DNA of 64,000 bases from assembly GCA_022446795.1 (NCBI GenBank), contig JAKVBX010000005.1:37085-101084 (forward strand), read 5' to 3'. The position numbers were made by a program, and so were the translations under genes. Below the pieces are notes generated by a model. That model ran no database searches, was not told the DNA's origin, and saw only the letters and a program-made list of their open reading frames with translations. Numbering within the stretch: position 1 is the first letter of the stretch; each line of letters opens with the position of its first letter. The stretch comes from Phycisphaerales bacterium (GTDB taxonomy: Bacteria > Planctomycetota > Phycisphaerae > Phycisphaerales > SM1A02). This document shows, one piece after another, positions 34,554-43,948 of the stretch.

Positions 34554-34684
34554 GGCTGGGTCTCTCGGGGACGGGCGAGGATACCCCGTGGGGCGGCCGA
34601 GTCAAACGCCGCGGGGCTTTCTTTGGGGCCACGGAGCCTCACCGGCCGACATCACACGAGGACCGGGGATATCGGAGTCTTGCC

Positions 34685-35179
34685 GTGATTTGTCCACGCT
34701 GTGGTGCCGACGACGACAAGGTCATCGACAGCCGGGCTGCCGAGGATGGCTACGTCGTCCGACGCCGCCGGGTCTGCTCGGCCTGCGAGCACCGGTACAC
34801 CACCTACGAGCGGGTCGAGCGACGTCGTCGGCTGGTGGTGGTCAAGAAGGACAATGCCCGCGTCCCCTTCGATCGCTCCAACATCCTCCGGGGGCTCCAG
34901 GCGGCCTGCGGCAAGCGGCCCATCTCCGAGGAGGTCAAGGAGGGCATCGTTGATGCCATCGAGGCCGAGATCCACCAGGAATTCGACCGCGAGGTGCCCA
35001 GCCGTGAGATCGGCGAGCGGGTCGCCGCCCAGTTGCGGGCCGTCGATGACATTGCGTACATCCGGTACGCCAGCGAATACCACAGCTTCCGGACGATCGA
35101 GGAATTCGTGGAAGAGGTGACCGACCTCAAGGGCCGGACGCGGGACGCCGAGGGACAGGATGTCCTCTTCGACGAGTAG
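34685..35179 (+). CDS. nrdR: transcriptional repressor NrdR
   Basis: The zinc ribbon is CPRCG...CSACEHRYTTYE, followed by an ATP-cone. The start is GTG. Confidence 0.9.
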   Translation: MICPRCGADDDKVIDSRAAEDGYVVRRRRVCSACEHRYTTYERVERRRRLVVVKKDNARVPFDRSNILRGLQAACGKRPISEEVKEGIVDAIEAEIHQEFDREVPSREIGERVAAQLRAVDDIAYIRYASEYHSFRTIEEFVEEVTDLKGRTRDAEGQDVLFDE

Positions 35180-35188
35180 CAGCCGGAC

Positions 35189-35941
35189 TCACTTCGTGAC
35201 GGTTTCGGCCTTCATCTCGGGCGTGACGTAGAGGATCCGCAGGCAGTTCTCGCACTGGGTCAGCTGCGTCGAGTTGCTCATCAGCTGCACCACGATGTTG
35301 AACGGCAGGTTGAGGTTGCACGAACCGCAGCAGTACTCGCGGCGCCGCTTGTCAATCTCTTCGATCGCGGCCATCGCATCACCGTCGAAGTCATCAGCGC
35401 AACGGTCGTAGGTGTCCAGGGCGCTGGCGGGAATGACGGCGGCCTTGACGTCGCGATCGGCCTGGAGCTCGGCGACTCGCTCGCTGACAGCCTGCTTGCG
35501 TTCCTCGAGTTCCCGGTGGGCGGAGTCGAGAACGGTCTGTCGTTCCGCGATCTCTCCGTCGAGGGTGGCCATGTCGGTATCGATCGTCTCGATCTCGGTC
35601 ATCTCCCCGAGGATCAAGTCATCCGTTCCGCCGCGGGTGGCCTTGATCGTGTTCATCTCCTCCAGCACCGTGGAATACTGCTTCGTCGTGGAGGCGGTGT
35701 TGAGGTCGTTCCTGAGTTTTTCGAGCCGCTCATCAATGGACCCGATGTCGGTCTCATGCCCGTGGATGGCAACCTGCCGCTGCTTGCGGCGAGTGCCCAA
35801 TTCCTCCTTGCGCTGTGCCAGTTCATCCATCTGACGTTGCTGGGCACGGGCATAGGTCTCGGCGGAATGGACCCGCGACTGCAGACCGCGGAGTTGCCGT
35901 TCGACGAGATTCAGTTCGAGGAGGTCTTCAATCAGTGGCAT
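35189..35941 (-). CDS. coiled-coil protein with a C-terminal C4 zinc ribbon (COG1579/zf-RING_7 type)
   Basis: A long coiled coil is followed by CCGSCNLNLP...CENCLRILY. Confidence 0.7.
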   Translation of the reverse strand: MPLIEDLLELNLVERQLRGLQSRVHSAETYARAQQRQMDELAQRKEELGTRRKQRQVAIHGHETDIGSIDERLEKLRNDLNTASTTKQYSTVLEEMNTIKATRGGTDDLILGEMTEIETIDTDMATLDGEIAERQTVLDSAHRELEERKQAVSERVAELQADRDVKAAVIPASALDTYDRCADDFDGDAMAAIEEIDKRRREYCCGSCNLNLPFNIVVQLMSNSTQLTQCENCLRILYVTPEMKAETVTK

Positions 35942-36055
35942 GTCGTCAGGGTCGTCCTTGCTCGGAGGCCATTTTCGTTTCGTGATCCCTCAGTCTACAC
36001 GCGACGGGGGGGCAGGTGGGCTCGGACTCGTCCAGAACACGGCACCAAGAGGGGT

Positions 36056-36922
36056 CTACGTCTCACATCCAATCGAGAGGCGTAGCATCCACCAGGCAAC
36101 GGGCGCGGCCAGCAGGAGTGAGTCGATGACATCCATCACCCCGCCGAGCCCCGGGAGCAGGGAAGAGGAGTCTTTCAGGCCGGCGCCACGCTTGAACAGG
36201 CTCATGGTCAGGTCGCCAGCCTGTCCCACGAGGGCCAGGATCGCGCCCATGATCAACACCCACCACCAGGCGAGGGGAAACCCCAGGGCGGCGTCGAGGA
36301 TGAAGGCGGCCAGCATCGACGTGGCCATGCCGCCGATGAGGCCTTCCCACGTCTTGCCCGGGCTCAGCCAGGGGATCAACTTGTGCCGCCCGATCGCTCG
36401 ACCAGTGAAGTAGGCCCCCATGTCGCAGGCCTTCACGACGAGGGCGACACCACCGATCATCCAGATGGAGATATCGGCACCGATCAGGAGCAGGAATCCG
36501 CTCAGCATGCCCAGGTAGACCACGCACAACAGAACGACAGCCGTGGCGGCAAAGACGTCCTGCACCTGTCGCCCATGACTGAATCTCAGCAGGCACGTGA
36601 CCAGGGTGATGGCGATCACGGTCAAAGGGACGGTCGCATCGAAGTCCTCGGGCAACGAACTGGAGAGCCAGGTGGCGAGCATCACGACGACGCTGGCCAT
36701 GGCGGCCAGTCGGGCGTCGGTCCGAATGCCGGCCGCTGCGGCGACTGCCGTCAACTCGAAGGCGCCCAGGGCCACCACGAGGCCACCGAGAATGGCCAGG
36801 AACAACCCCGGGGGGAGGGACCAGTTTCCGATCGCGACAGCCCCGACGGAGGCGTCCAGCCAGAGCAGCCCGAGGAGCCCGAGGATGAAGAACAACCCGG
36901 TGACGAGACGCTGTGCCAGCAC
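36056..36922 (-). CDS. cdsA: phosphatidate cytidylyltransferase
   Basis: Contains DMGAYFTGRAIGRHKLIPWLSPGKTWEGLIGG and SLFKRGAGLKDSSSLLPGLGGVMD. Confidence 0.9.
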   Translation of the reverse strand: MLAQRLVTGLFFILGLLGLLWLDASVGAVAIGNWSLPPGLFLAILGGLVVALGAFELTAVAAAAGIRTDARLAAMASVVVMLATWLSSSLPEDFDATVPLTVIAITLVTCLLRFSHGRQVQDVFAATAVVLLCVVYLGMLSGFLLLIGADISIWMIGGVALVVKACDMGAYFTGRAIGRHKLIPWLSPGKTWEGLIGGMATSMLAAFILDAALGFPLAWWWVLIMGAILALVGQAGDLTMSLFKRGAGLKDSSSLLPGLGGVMDVIDSLLLAAPVAWWMLRLSIGCET

Positions 36923-36923
36923 G

Positions 36924-37319
36924 TCAGTCGTTACCCGCGGCGGTGGTGTTCATCGAGGTCCACGCTTCGTAGCCACCGGCCATGGACCGGACGTGATCGA
37001 AGCCAGCCAACTTGAGAAACTTGGCGACGATGACCGAGCGGCGTCCGGTCCGGCAGTAGATGACGATCGGTCGCTTCCGGTGAGGCTCCAGTTCCGGGCA
37101 CCGGGTGCTCATCTGCTGCAGCGGAAGCGATATCGCGCCCTTGATACCACCGGATTCCCACTCCTCGCCAGACCGGCAGTCCAACAGCAGGAAGTCGTCA
37201 CCGCGACGCTGCAGTTCCACGACGTCCTCCGGGGTCAACTCCCACGGGGCGTTGCTTGTGCTGCTGGGAGACGCGGAATTCGGTGTGGTCTCGGCCATCG
37301 AGGGGTCATCGTACCCCAT
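36924..37319 (-). CDS. rhodanese-domain sulfurtransferase
   Basis: Contains FLLLDCRSGEEW and the active-site loop IVIYCRTGRRS. The start is uncertain (37319 or 37298). Confidence 0.8.
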   Translation of the reverse strand: MGYDDPSMAETTPNSASPSSTSNAPWELTPEDVVELQRRGDDFLLLDCRSGEEWESGGIKGAISLPLQQMSTRCPELEPHRKRPIVIYCRTGRRSVIVAKFLKLAGFDHVRSMAGGYEAWTSMNTTAAGND

Positions 37320-37345
37320 TCGACGTCCTGTCCCGGCCGCGATGC

Positions 37346-38029
37346 TCACTCGTCGACATCCTCGTCCAGGCGTCGCAGGACGTCGGAGATCACGTCGGCA
37401 TCGAAGCCACGGCGGGCCAGTCGCCCCCACAAGCGTCGCCGCCGGGTTTCCGGGGGGTAGGACGCCAGCGATCGCATGGCCTGCGTGGCCAGGGCCATGG
37501 CTGACTCCACGGGGTCGCCGGCGGCGCGGGAGGCCGCCTCGGCGGCGTCTTCCGCCGGGACACCGCGATCACGCAGTTTCGATTTCAGGAAGTTGACCGA
37601 GGCCGGCGTTCGACGGGCCAGGGCCTCTGCGGCGGACTCGGCATAGCGTCGGTCGTCCAGGGCGCCACCATGTTCCAGCGTAGCGACGACCTCGTCGATC
37701 ACCGACTCGTGATGCCGGCGCCGGGCCAGGCTGTCGCGGATCTCGCGGACGGTCCTGGCCTTCCGGGCCAGCCGCTGCAGTGCGGCCCGCCAGGCCAGTC
37801 GATACTCGTGTCGGGTGGCAATGGCCTCCGCAAGGTCCTCGGTCATGGTCATGTCGACGTGCAGGCCCAGGGTGGCACGATCCGATTCCAGGATCGTGGC
37901 GACGCGTCGCCGATCCAGGAGAACGGTACGGGAATCGAGATCGCCGGAGACGGCGCCGAAGCCGGTGATGACACCCGACCCGGGAACGCGGGGGCGTGGT
38001 GAGCGAGTTGAACCGGACGCTCGTGGCAC
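37346..38029 (-). CDS. recX: regulatory protein RecX
   Basis: Shows the three-helix-repeat pattern: ALQRLARKARTVREIRDSL, DDRRYAESAAEAL and RRLWGRLARRGFDADVISDVL. Confidence 0.7.
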   Translation of the reverse strand: MPRASGSTRSPRPRVPGSGVITGFGAVSGDLDSRTVLLDRRRVATILESDRATLGLHVDMTMTEDLAEAIATRHEYRLAWRAALQRLARKARTVREIRDSLARRRHHESVIDEVVATLEHGGALDDRRYAESAAEALARRTPASVNFLKSKLRDRGVPAEDAAEAASRAAGDPVESAMALATQAMRSLASYPPETRRRRLWGRLARRGFDADVISDVLRRLDEDVDE

Positions 38030-38035
38030 GATCGA

Positions 38036-38347
38036 TCAGGAGATCTCGGCCAGCAAGGCCTGGATCTCACCCTCCGCGTGAATGTCCCCGCTGGACCGGG
38101 CCTGGTTGAGGCCGGTTTCCAGCGTCGTACGGGCCTCGTCCGGACGCCCGGCATCCACGAGGCACCGGGCCTTGTGATAGTAGGCGTAGCAGTAGTCCGG
38201 ATCGATCTCGGTGGTCAGGTCGAAGTGGGCGATGGCTTCCGTGTAGCGGCCCGCCTTGGCATGCTCCATGGCGATGCCGTACAGGCAGAACGTGTCATCG
38301 GGCTGTGACTCAAGCAGGTTCCGAAGTTGGCTGATTCGATCGGTCAT
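38036..38347 (-). CDS. small TPR-repeat protein
   Basis: The TPR consensus is visible in CLYGIAMEHAKAGRYTEAIAHFDLTTEIDPDYCYAYYHKARCLVDAGRPDEA. Confidence 0.65.
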   Translation of the reverse strand: MTDRISQLRNLLESQPDDTFCLYGIAMEHAKAGRYTEAIAHFDLTTEIDPDYCYAYYHKARCLVDAGRPDEARTTLETGLNQARSSGDIHAEGEIQALLAEIS

Positions 38348-38391
38348 GGTGGAAGCGACCCGGGTGGGCTCGTGACGGGTATCCTGTCGGA

Positions 38392-39969
38392 ATGGACTGG
38401 CGAACAAGGATCTCTCGACGCATCCTACACGTGCTGCCCGCGGGGCTGCTGGCGATGGCGATTTCGTCGTCGCCCGGTTGCGTCAAGTACGAACTCAAGC
38501 AGACCGAACGGCCGCCAACGGCCCACCTGGAACTTCGGCACGAGGCTCATGGCACCGCCCATGCCACGGTCGTGGACGAGGACGTCTGGTATGTCCTGCA
38601 GGGCAACCGCCTGCTCGTGATCGACCAGGAAACGGGCCGCCAGGTCAGCGAGACGGACCTGTCGACGCCGGGCCTGACCGGTCCCGCGGTCGACCTGCTC
38701 GTGGAACCGACGTCCATCCATGTCGTCCTGAGGGACTCCGCCGTGGTGGTGCTGGATCGAACGGATCCCCGCCGCCCGTGGTTGGAGTCCCGGTGGAATG
38801 CCGATGAACTGGGTATCGCCCCACGCGCGATTGACCCGGGCCGCGAGGGACCGATCGTCAGCGGCGTCGGCGGCGCGGTGCAACTGCCCTCGCTGCATCA
38901 CCTGGTCGACCATGATGACGAGATCACGTCGGTGGTCGAATTGGATGGGGTGTCGCTCTACACGACCGGTCGGCGCGCCTATCGCGTCAGCGATGACACC
39001 TACGTGGGATCCGCTACCCGCCTGGAACAACTTCCGGCGGCTCAGCCCGGCGGACCAGCCTCACCGGCCGGCGTGGTGCTGCCCGAGGGCGTCCTGTTCT
39101 TCGTTCGCAACGAGATCACCGGCGGACTCGGTGGGTTTGCCGTCCTCGAGGGCGGCATCTTGCGCGAGGTGGACTCCCGTCGAAGCACCGAGGCGCTGCC
39201 GGGGGCGGTCAATCGACTGCGAATTCGGGGCGATCGACTGCTGATCGTCGGCGCCCGGAGCGTTCACCTGTATCGCGTCGACGTGAACGGCACGCTGCAC
39301 GAGACCTGGTCCCAGGATCTCGAGGGCATCCGTGATGCTGATTTCCTCGATGATCGAGACATCGTGGTCGTCGGCGACTTCGGCCAGGCCCGGCTGCGGA
39401 CCGATCGCCACGGGGATGCCATGGTGATTCACAATGATGCGCCCGGCGGGCTGCTCCAGGCCATTTCCGATGGCCGACTGATCATGGCCACGGGTGTCAA
39501 TGGCACCTGGGAGTATCGGATCGGTGATACGGCGGACCTGGTCTCCGGCCAGCCACGTCTCTATCCCGAGGCGCCCAAGTCGGCGGCCATGCTCGGGTGG
39601 GAGGTCACGATCACCGGTGATGGTCGCGAGGCGCAGGTCTCCAATGATCTCGGCATGGCGTCACTACCGGCGCCTCCGGGTTCGCGCTATACGACCGTCA
39701 GCAGTGGTGACGGGACCTTCTGGATCGGGCATACGGATGGCGTGATCATGTTGAAGCCACCCAAGTCACTGCCGCCGATGCCACTGGGTTGGGATGAGAT
39801 GACCCAGGAAGAGAAGCAGGCCTCGGGCCTGTCCCCGATGGATGGTGTGCAGAAGCTCACGGTCGATATCGACGGCCCGGTGATCTTCCTTCAGCCGTTG
39901 GACCTCGGTGGGGGCGTGGCCTATGCCGCGTCGCACGGCGGCTTCGGCGTCGTTCGCGAGATCTGGTGA
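38392..39969 (+). CDS. hypothetical lipoprotein (525 aa)
   Basis: The signal/lipobox is LLAMAISSSPGC. The sequence looks beta-rich and has no recognisable catalytic motif. Confidence 0.6.
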   Translation: MDWRTRISRRILHVLPAGLLAMAISSSPGCVKYELKQTERPPTAHLELRHEAHGTAHATVVDEDVWYVLQGNRLLVIDQETGRQVSETDLSTPGLTGPAVDLLVEPTSIHVVLRDSAVVVLDRTDPRRPWLESRWNADELGIAPRAIDPGREGPIVSGVGGAVQLPSLHHLVDHDDEITSVVELDGVSLYTTGRRAYRVSDDTYVGSATRLEQLPAAQPGGPASPAGVVLPEGVLFFVRNEITGGLGGFAVLEGGILREVDSRRSTEALPGAVNRLRIRGDRLLIVGARSVHLYRVDVNGTLHETWSQDLEGIRDADFLDDRDIVVVGDFGQARLRTDRHGDAMVIHNDAPGGLLQAISDGRLIMATGVNGTWEYRIGDTADLVSGQPRLYPEAPKSAAMLGWEVTITGDGREAQVSNDLGMASLPAPPGSRYTTVSSGDGTFWIGHTDGVIMLKPPKSLPPMPLGWDEMTQEEKQASGLSPMDGVQKLTVDIDGPVIFLQPLDLGGGVAYAASHGGFGVVREIW

Positions 39970-39978
39970 CGTCGTCGG

Positions 39979-40674
39979 CTAGGACGAGTCAGCATCGCAC
40001 CAGTCGCATTGGCAGTACCGACGACAGATCGGATCCCCGGCGCAGAGTGGATGCCGCGCCTTGCAGACTGCTCGACCGTGCGCAATCAGCAGGTGGCTGA
40101 CCTGGGTCCACTTGGGTCTTGGCAGGAGGGCCATCAGGTCCCGCTCGATCTTCTCCGGGGTGGTCTGCGTCGTCAGGCCGAAGCGGGTGGACAGTCGCAT
40201 GACGTGGGTGTCCACGACGACCCCGTCGTTGATCCCAAAGGCATTCCCCAGGACGACATTGGCCGTCTTCCTCGCGACGCCCCGGAGGCTCAGCAGATCG
40301 TCCATGGTGTCTGGAATCTCGCCGTCATAGTGCTCTACGACCCGGGTCATGGCCGCGTGGACGGACTTGGACTTGTTTCGGTAGAGCCCGATCGTGCTGA
40401 TCAGCGGTTGAATGTCCTCGGGCGAGACCGCGGCGTAGTCGGCCGGGGCTGGGAAGGCCTGGAACAACGCAGGAGTCGCTTTGTTCACGCCCACATCCGT
40501 CGACTGGGCCGAAAGGATCGTGGCGATCAACAGTTCATGCGGCGTGGTGTAGTCCAGTGCGCAGGTGGCATCTGGATAGGCCTTTTCGAGGGCCGCGTAG
40601 ATCCGGGAGGCTCGCTGCTTCGCGCCGGCGGTGACCGTCGGGAGTTTGAATCCGGCCTTGCTGGTGGTGGTCAT
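39979..40674 (-). CDS. nth: endonuclease III
   Basis: Contains LIATILSAQSTDVGVN, the HhH motif LLSLRGVARKTANVVLG, VDTHV, and the 4Fe-4S cluster CKARHPLCAGDPIC..YC. The start is at the internal ATG (MTTTSKAG). Confidence 0.9.
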   Translation of the reverse strand: MTTTSKAGFKLPTVTAGAKQRASRIYAALEKAYPDATCALDYTTPHELLIATILSAQSTDVGVNKATPALFQAFPAPADYAAVSPEDIQPLISTIGLYRNKSKSVHAAMTRVVEHYDGEIPDTMDDLLSLRGVARKTANVVLGNAFGINDGVVVDTHVMRLSTRFGLTTQTTPEKIERDLMALLPRPKWTQVSHLLIAHGRAVCKARHPLCAGDPICRRYCQCDWCDADSS

Positions 40675-41231
40675 CTCGAGCCGTCTCCTCGAGGCAGGGC
40701 GGCGCCGGTTGCCGCGATGGCGATCAGCAGAGAAATGGCCGCCGCCGCCCAGAGTCCCTCGGCCAGGTGGTGCCACTTCTCGAACCCGGCCAGGATCTCC
40801 AGCGCGGTAACAACATCACCGTCGCGTGCGGCCGCTCGGTAGGCGGAGAGGTCCGCGTTCAGGGGCGGATTGACGAACAGCCAGCGGGCGAAGAACACGA
40901 TCGTGGCGATGGCGACTGCGGCAACGCGGATCACGTGGGTCGCGCGGCGACGGACCAGGTCACCCACCCGGGCCTGCAGGAACAGGACGATGATCACGAG
41001 GGGGCAGAGAATCAACTGGGCCATGTCGGCGATGCTGAAGACCGGTTCCGTCACCAGTCCCGCGACGAGCCGTGAACGCGTTTCCACATCAAGTGCTTCA
41101 TATCCCGGAACACTGGGTTCCTGCGCCGGAAACGTGGAGAACGTCACGCCGGCGGACAATCCAGCGGCGCAGACCACGGCCAGCCAACTCGACAGCAGCA
41201 GGAGGCCAAGTGCCGAGAGCGAACGACTCAT
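40671..41231 (-). CDS. hypothetical membrane protein (186 aa)
   Basis: Four hydrophobic segments are visible. The start ATG at 41231 overlaps the moaE stop, and its stop overlaps the nth start, both by 4 nt. Confidence 0.5.
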   Translation of the reverse strand: MSRSLSALGLLLLSSWLAVVCAAGLSAGVTFSTFPAQEPSVPGYEALDVETRSRLVAGLVTEPVFSIADMAQLILCPLVIIVLFLQARVGDLVRRRATHVIRVAAVAIATIVFFARWLFVNPPLNADLSAYRAAARDGDVVTALEILAGFEKWHHLAEGLWAAAAISLLIAIAATGAALPRGDGSR

Positions 41232-41683
41232 GGCTGCAGGCCCGGCGTGGCCAGCGGTTGGCCCGGTGACCAGGTCGATCCCGAATCCCAGGCTTCTCGT
41301 TTCCAGATCGGCACGACGGACTTGAGTTCGTCGATCAGCCATCGGCAGGCCTCGAAGGCCTCGGCTCGATGGCCACAGGCCACCTGGACAACGACGCTGG
41401 CCTCGCCCACCTTGACCTCGCCGAGGGCATGGTGGAGGCGGACGGCCAGGAGTGACCACCGCTCGACCGCCTGCGTGGCCAGTTCGTTGAGACGAACGAC
41501 CGCCAGGGGTTCATGTGCCTCGTAGTCCAGCGCCCTCAACTGGCCATGATCCGCGTGGGTCTCAGGCCGGGTCGTGCCGACGAAGTCACATTGAGCGCCC
41601 CCCGGCGGCGGCGGATCCCAGGGGAGCAGGACGACCGGGTGCGGGTGCAGGCCGACGTCGATGATGGGTTCGATACCGCTCAC
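41228..41683 (-). CDS. moaE: molybdopterin synthase catalytic subunit MoaE
   Basis: Contains ALDYEAHEPLAV, HHALGEVKVGEASVVVQVACGHRAEAFEACRWLIDELKSVVPIWKRE. Confidence 0.8.
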   Translation of the reverse strand: MSGIEPIIDVGLHPHPVVLLPWDPPPPGGAQCDFVGTTRPETHADHGQLRALDYEAHEPLAVVRLNELATQAVERWSLLAVRLHHALGEVKVGEASVVVQVACGHRAEAFEACRWLIDELKSVVPIWKREAWDSGSTWSPGQPLATPGLQP

Positions 41684-41735
41684 GTGGACATCCTACGTCG
41701 GTCATGGACGCTGCGGACACGCTAGTCTCCCGGTC

Positions 41736-42470
41736 ATGGAGTCTCTTCTTGCCCCGACAGCGGCATCGCTGGGAGCGGACCTTCGGCAGGTCTGCGATCG
41801 GCTGCACCAGGACGGCTGGCGGGCGGTCCAACTGTCGGCAGCAATGCCCGGGACCCGTCCGCGAGATCTCAATGCCTCGGCACGCCGGGATCTCGCCGCC
41901 ATGCTCCGTCGAATGGAGCTGGTTGCCTCGGGACTGGACCTGTGGATTCCCAGGGAACACTTTCTCGACTCGTCGACAGTCGAACGGGCCGTTGATGCCA
42001 TCGCCGCGGGATGCGAATTGGCACATGATCTGTCAATCGACTCATTGAGTGTGCAACTGCCCGAGGCCGAGGTGCTCGATCCGGCCGCGGGTGAGGCCAT
42101 CCTGGCTGCGGCCGCGCATCGTGGTGTGATGCTCGCGGATCACCGCGTGTGCTCGGGACCACCGGAGTCGACCGCCGCGGGCCTGGATCCAGCAGCCTGC
42201 CTGTCGATGGACCGGGATCCGGTTGAAGATGTCATCATGCTGGGCAGTTCACTGGTGTCACCGCGGCTCTCGGATCTCCTGACCACGGGCCTTCGAGGGC
42301 CGGTGGGCGCTCCCGAGGGTCGATTGGACCTGGCGGCCTATCGCGCCGCGGTCGTGACCATCGCCCGGGAACGACCGGTCGTTCTTGATCTTCGGCAGCT
42401 CGAATCGCCCTGGAATGCCATGCAGATCGGCCGGCAGGCCTGGGCGGCAGCGGGGACCGGTGGTCCGTGA
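41736..42470 (+). CDS. sugar-phosphate isomerase/epimerase-like TIM-barrel protein
   Basis: The similarity to the xylose-isomerase-like TIM-barrel family is weak (GWRAVQLSA..., ASGLDLWIP). The start is at MESLL. Confidence 0.4.
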   Translation: MESLLAPTAASLGADLRQVCDRLHQDGWRAVQLSAAMPGTRPRDLNASARRDLAAMLRRMELVASGLDLWIPREHFLDSSTVERAVDAIAAGCELAHDLSIDSLSVQLPEAEVLDPAAGEAILAAAAHRGVMLADHRVCSGPPESTAAGLDPAACLSMDRDPVEDVIMLGSSLVSPRLSDLLTTGLRGPVGAPEGRLDLAAYRAAVVTIARERPVVLDLRQLESPWNAMQIGRQAWAAAGTGGP

Positions 42471-42515
42471 CGCGAGATCCGGAAACGGCTGGCTGCGTGG
42501 TCTACACTTTCGGGC

Positions 42516-42929
42516 ATGTCGGCCCTGGCCCATGGTGTTGACCTGGTTCCGATCGCCCGCATCGAGGAGATGCTCGAGGCGCACGGCGATCACTTCATCG
42601 ACCGCGTCTTCACGCCCGGTGAACGGTCCGATGCGGAGCGCGCTCGCCGGGGACGAGCAGAACGATATGCGGCTCGCTTTGCCGCCAAGGAAGCAATCCT
42701 GAAGGCACTGGGCACCGGGCTCTCCGGTGGTGTGACCTGGCAGGACGTGGATGTGCGTCGGACCGCCAGCGGGGGACCGGTCGTGCAGTTCAGTGGCGTC
42801 GCCGCTCGACGTGCTCGAGAACTGGGGCTGAAGGAGTGGCGATTGAGTCTCAGCCACGCCGGGGGGATGGCCATCGCCAGCGTCGTCGCGAGTGGGCCGG
42901 AAGATCCGAGTCCTGGAGACGAGGTATGA
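42516..42929 (+). CDS. acpS: holo-[acyl-carrier-protein] synthase
   Basis: Contains GVDLVPIARI, FTPGE, RFAAKEAILKALGTG and LSLSHAGGMAIASV. Confidence 0.9.
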   Translation: MSALAHGVDLVPIARIEEMLEAHGDHFIDRVFTPGERSDAERARRGRAERYAARFAAKEAILKALGTGLSGGVTWQDVDVRRTASGGPVVQFSGVAARRARELGLKEWRLSLSHAGGMAIASVVASGPEDPSPGDEV

Positions 42930-43609
42930 GCCGGCGTGGATCACGCCCGGCGCTCTACGAACTCAGCCGGCGCAAGCTCAGTGGGGGAGAGCCATCACCT
43001 CCGACCGGGGCCGAACCGCCCGGGGAAGAGTCGCCGACGACCGTCGTCTCCTGGTTCACGCCCGGTATCGGGGTTCGTGTTCCCGTGGGATTCCTGGTGC
43101 TGGCGGCCGTGGTCCTGGTGGCAGCGGTCGTCCTGGCCTGGTGGGTCGGATACGGGCAAGGGGTCTCGAGGACCGAGGCCTTGATGGCTTCGAATCCGTC
43201 CGGGGTCTTCGTTGATCCGCTCAACCAGGCCGATATGGGACGTTCCGAACCCACGCCTCAGCCACCTTCCGATCCGGTCACGAGCCCGGCAAACCCGCCC
43301 TCGACCCCTCCAGGGGCGGTTGAGCGGCCCTGGCACTTCGTCCTGGCCGAGACCAATCTGGAGGGTGCGGACCGACTGGCGGCCTTCTGTCTGGAACATG
43401 GGCTTGAAGTCATGGTCATTTCTCGCCACAATACGGGGCTTGCACGCATCATTGCCCTCCCGGGGCAGGCCAGTTCCTCCAGAGACACGGCTTCGGTGCG
43501 GGCGCAGGAAGACCAGATCGTCGCCATCGGGCGACGATGGAAACAGAACGGTGGACGGACGGATTTCTCCGACCGCTACATGGACCGAATCGAGCCTGCT
43601 CCCCGGTGA
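42926..43609 (+). CDS. hypothetical single-pass membrane protein
   Basis: The ATG overlaps the acpS stop. It has one TM (VPVGFLVLAAVVLVAAVVLAWWV), then a P-rich linker and a small alpha/beta C-domain. Confidence 0.55.
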   Translation: MSRRGSRPALYELSRRKLSGGEPSPPTGAEPPGEESPTTVVSWFTPGIGVRVPVGFLVLAAVVLVAAVVLAWWVGYGQGVSRTEALMASNPSGVFVDPLNQADMGRSEPTPQPPSDPVTSPANPPSTPPGAVERPWHFVLAETNLEGADRLAAFCLEHGLEVMVISRHNTGLARIIALPGQASSSRDTASVRAQEDQIVAIGRRWKQNGGRTDFSDRYMDRIEPAPR

Positions 43610-43636
43610 CCGGGGCGGGCGCCAAGGAAGACGACG

Positions 43637-43867
43637 ATGAGCCTTCATCCCAGCCTCCGAACCAAGCCGTCTGGACTGAACCAGTTTCGCACCGTGTTGA
43701 CGCGCGGTGAGCGGATCAACGTGCTTCGTGAACGTGGTGATCACAAGGATGGGGATTCACCTCTTGGCCTGGTCAAGGTGGCCCAGCGCCGCATGGTCGC
43801 CAAGAAGAAGAAGAAGGCCGAGAAGGAAGAGGGCGAAGGCACCGAGGCTGTCGCTTCCGAGTCCTGA
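43637..43867 (+). CDS. small basic protein (TIGR04137-like)
   Basis: MSLHPSLRTKPSGLNQFRTVLTRGERINVLRERG...PLGLVKV resembles the PVC-group 'small basic protein' family as I recall it. It is followed by a KKKKK run and an acidic tail. Confidence 0.5.
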   Translation: MSLHPSLRTKPSGLNQFRTVLTRGERINVLRERGDHKDGDSPLGLVKVAQRRMVAKKKKKAEKEEGEGTEAVASES

Positions 43868-43948
43868 TTCTGCTGACCGTCGGCTGAATTCAACTGATCA
43901 ATGATCCCCCGAGGCGGCCCGGCCCGCCAGCGGCTATCGTTGTCATCC

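Noticed and set aside
41228-41683. moaE without an adjacent moaD as a sign of a broken molybdopterin pathway.
   Set aside because: Molybdenum-cofactor genes are often scattered, and absence from a 64-kb window says nothing about the genome. The MoaE sequence itself looks intact.
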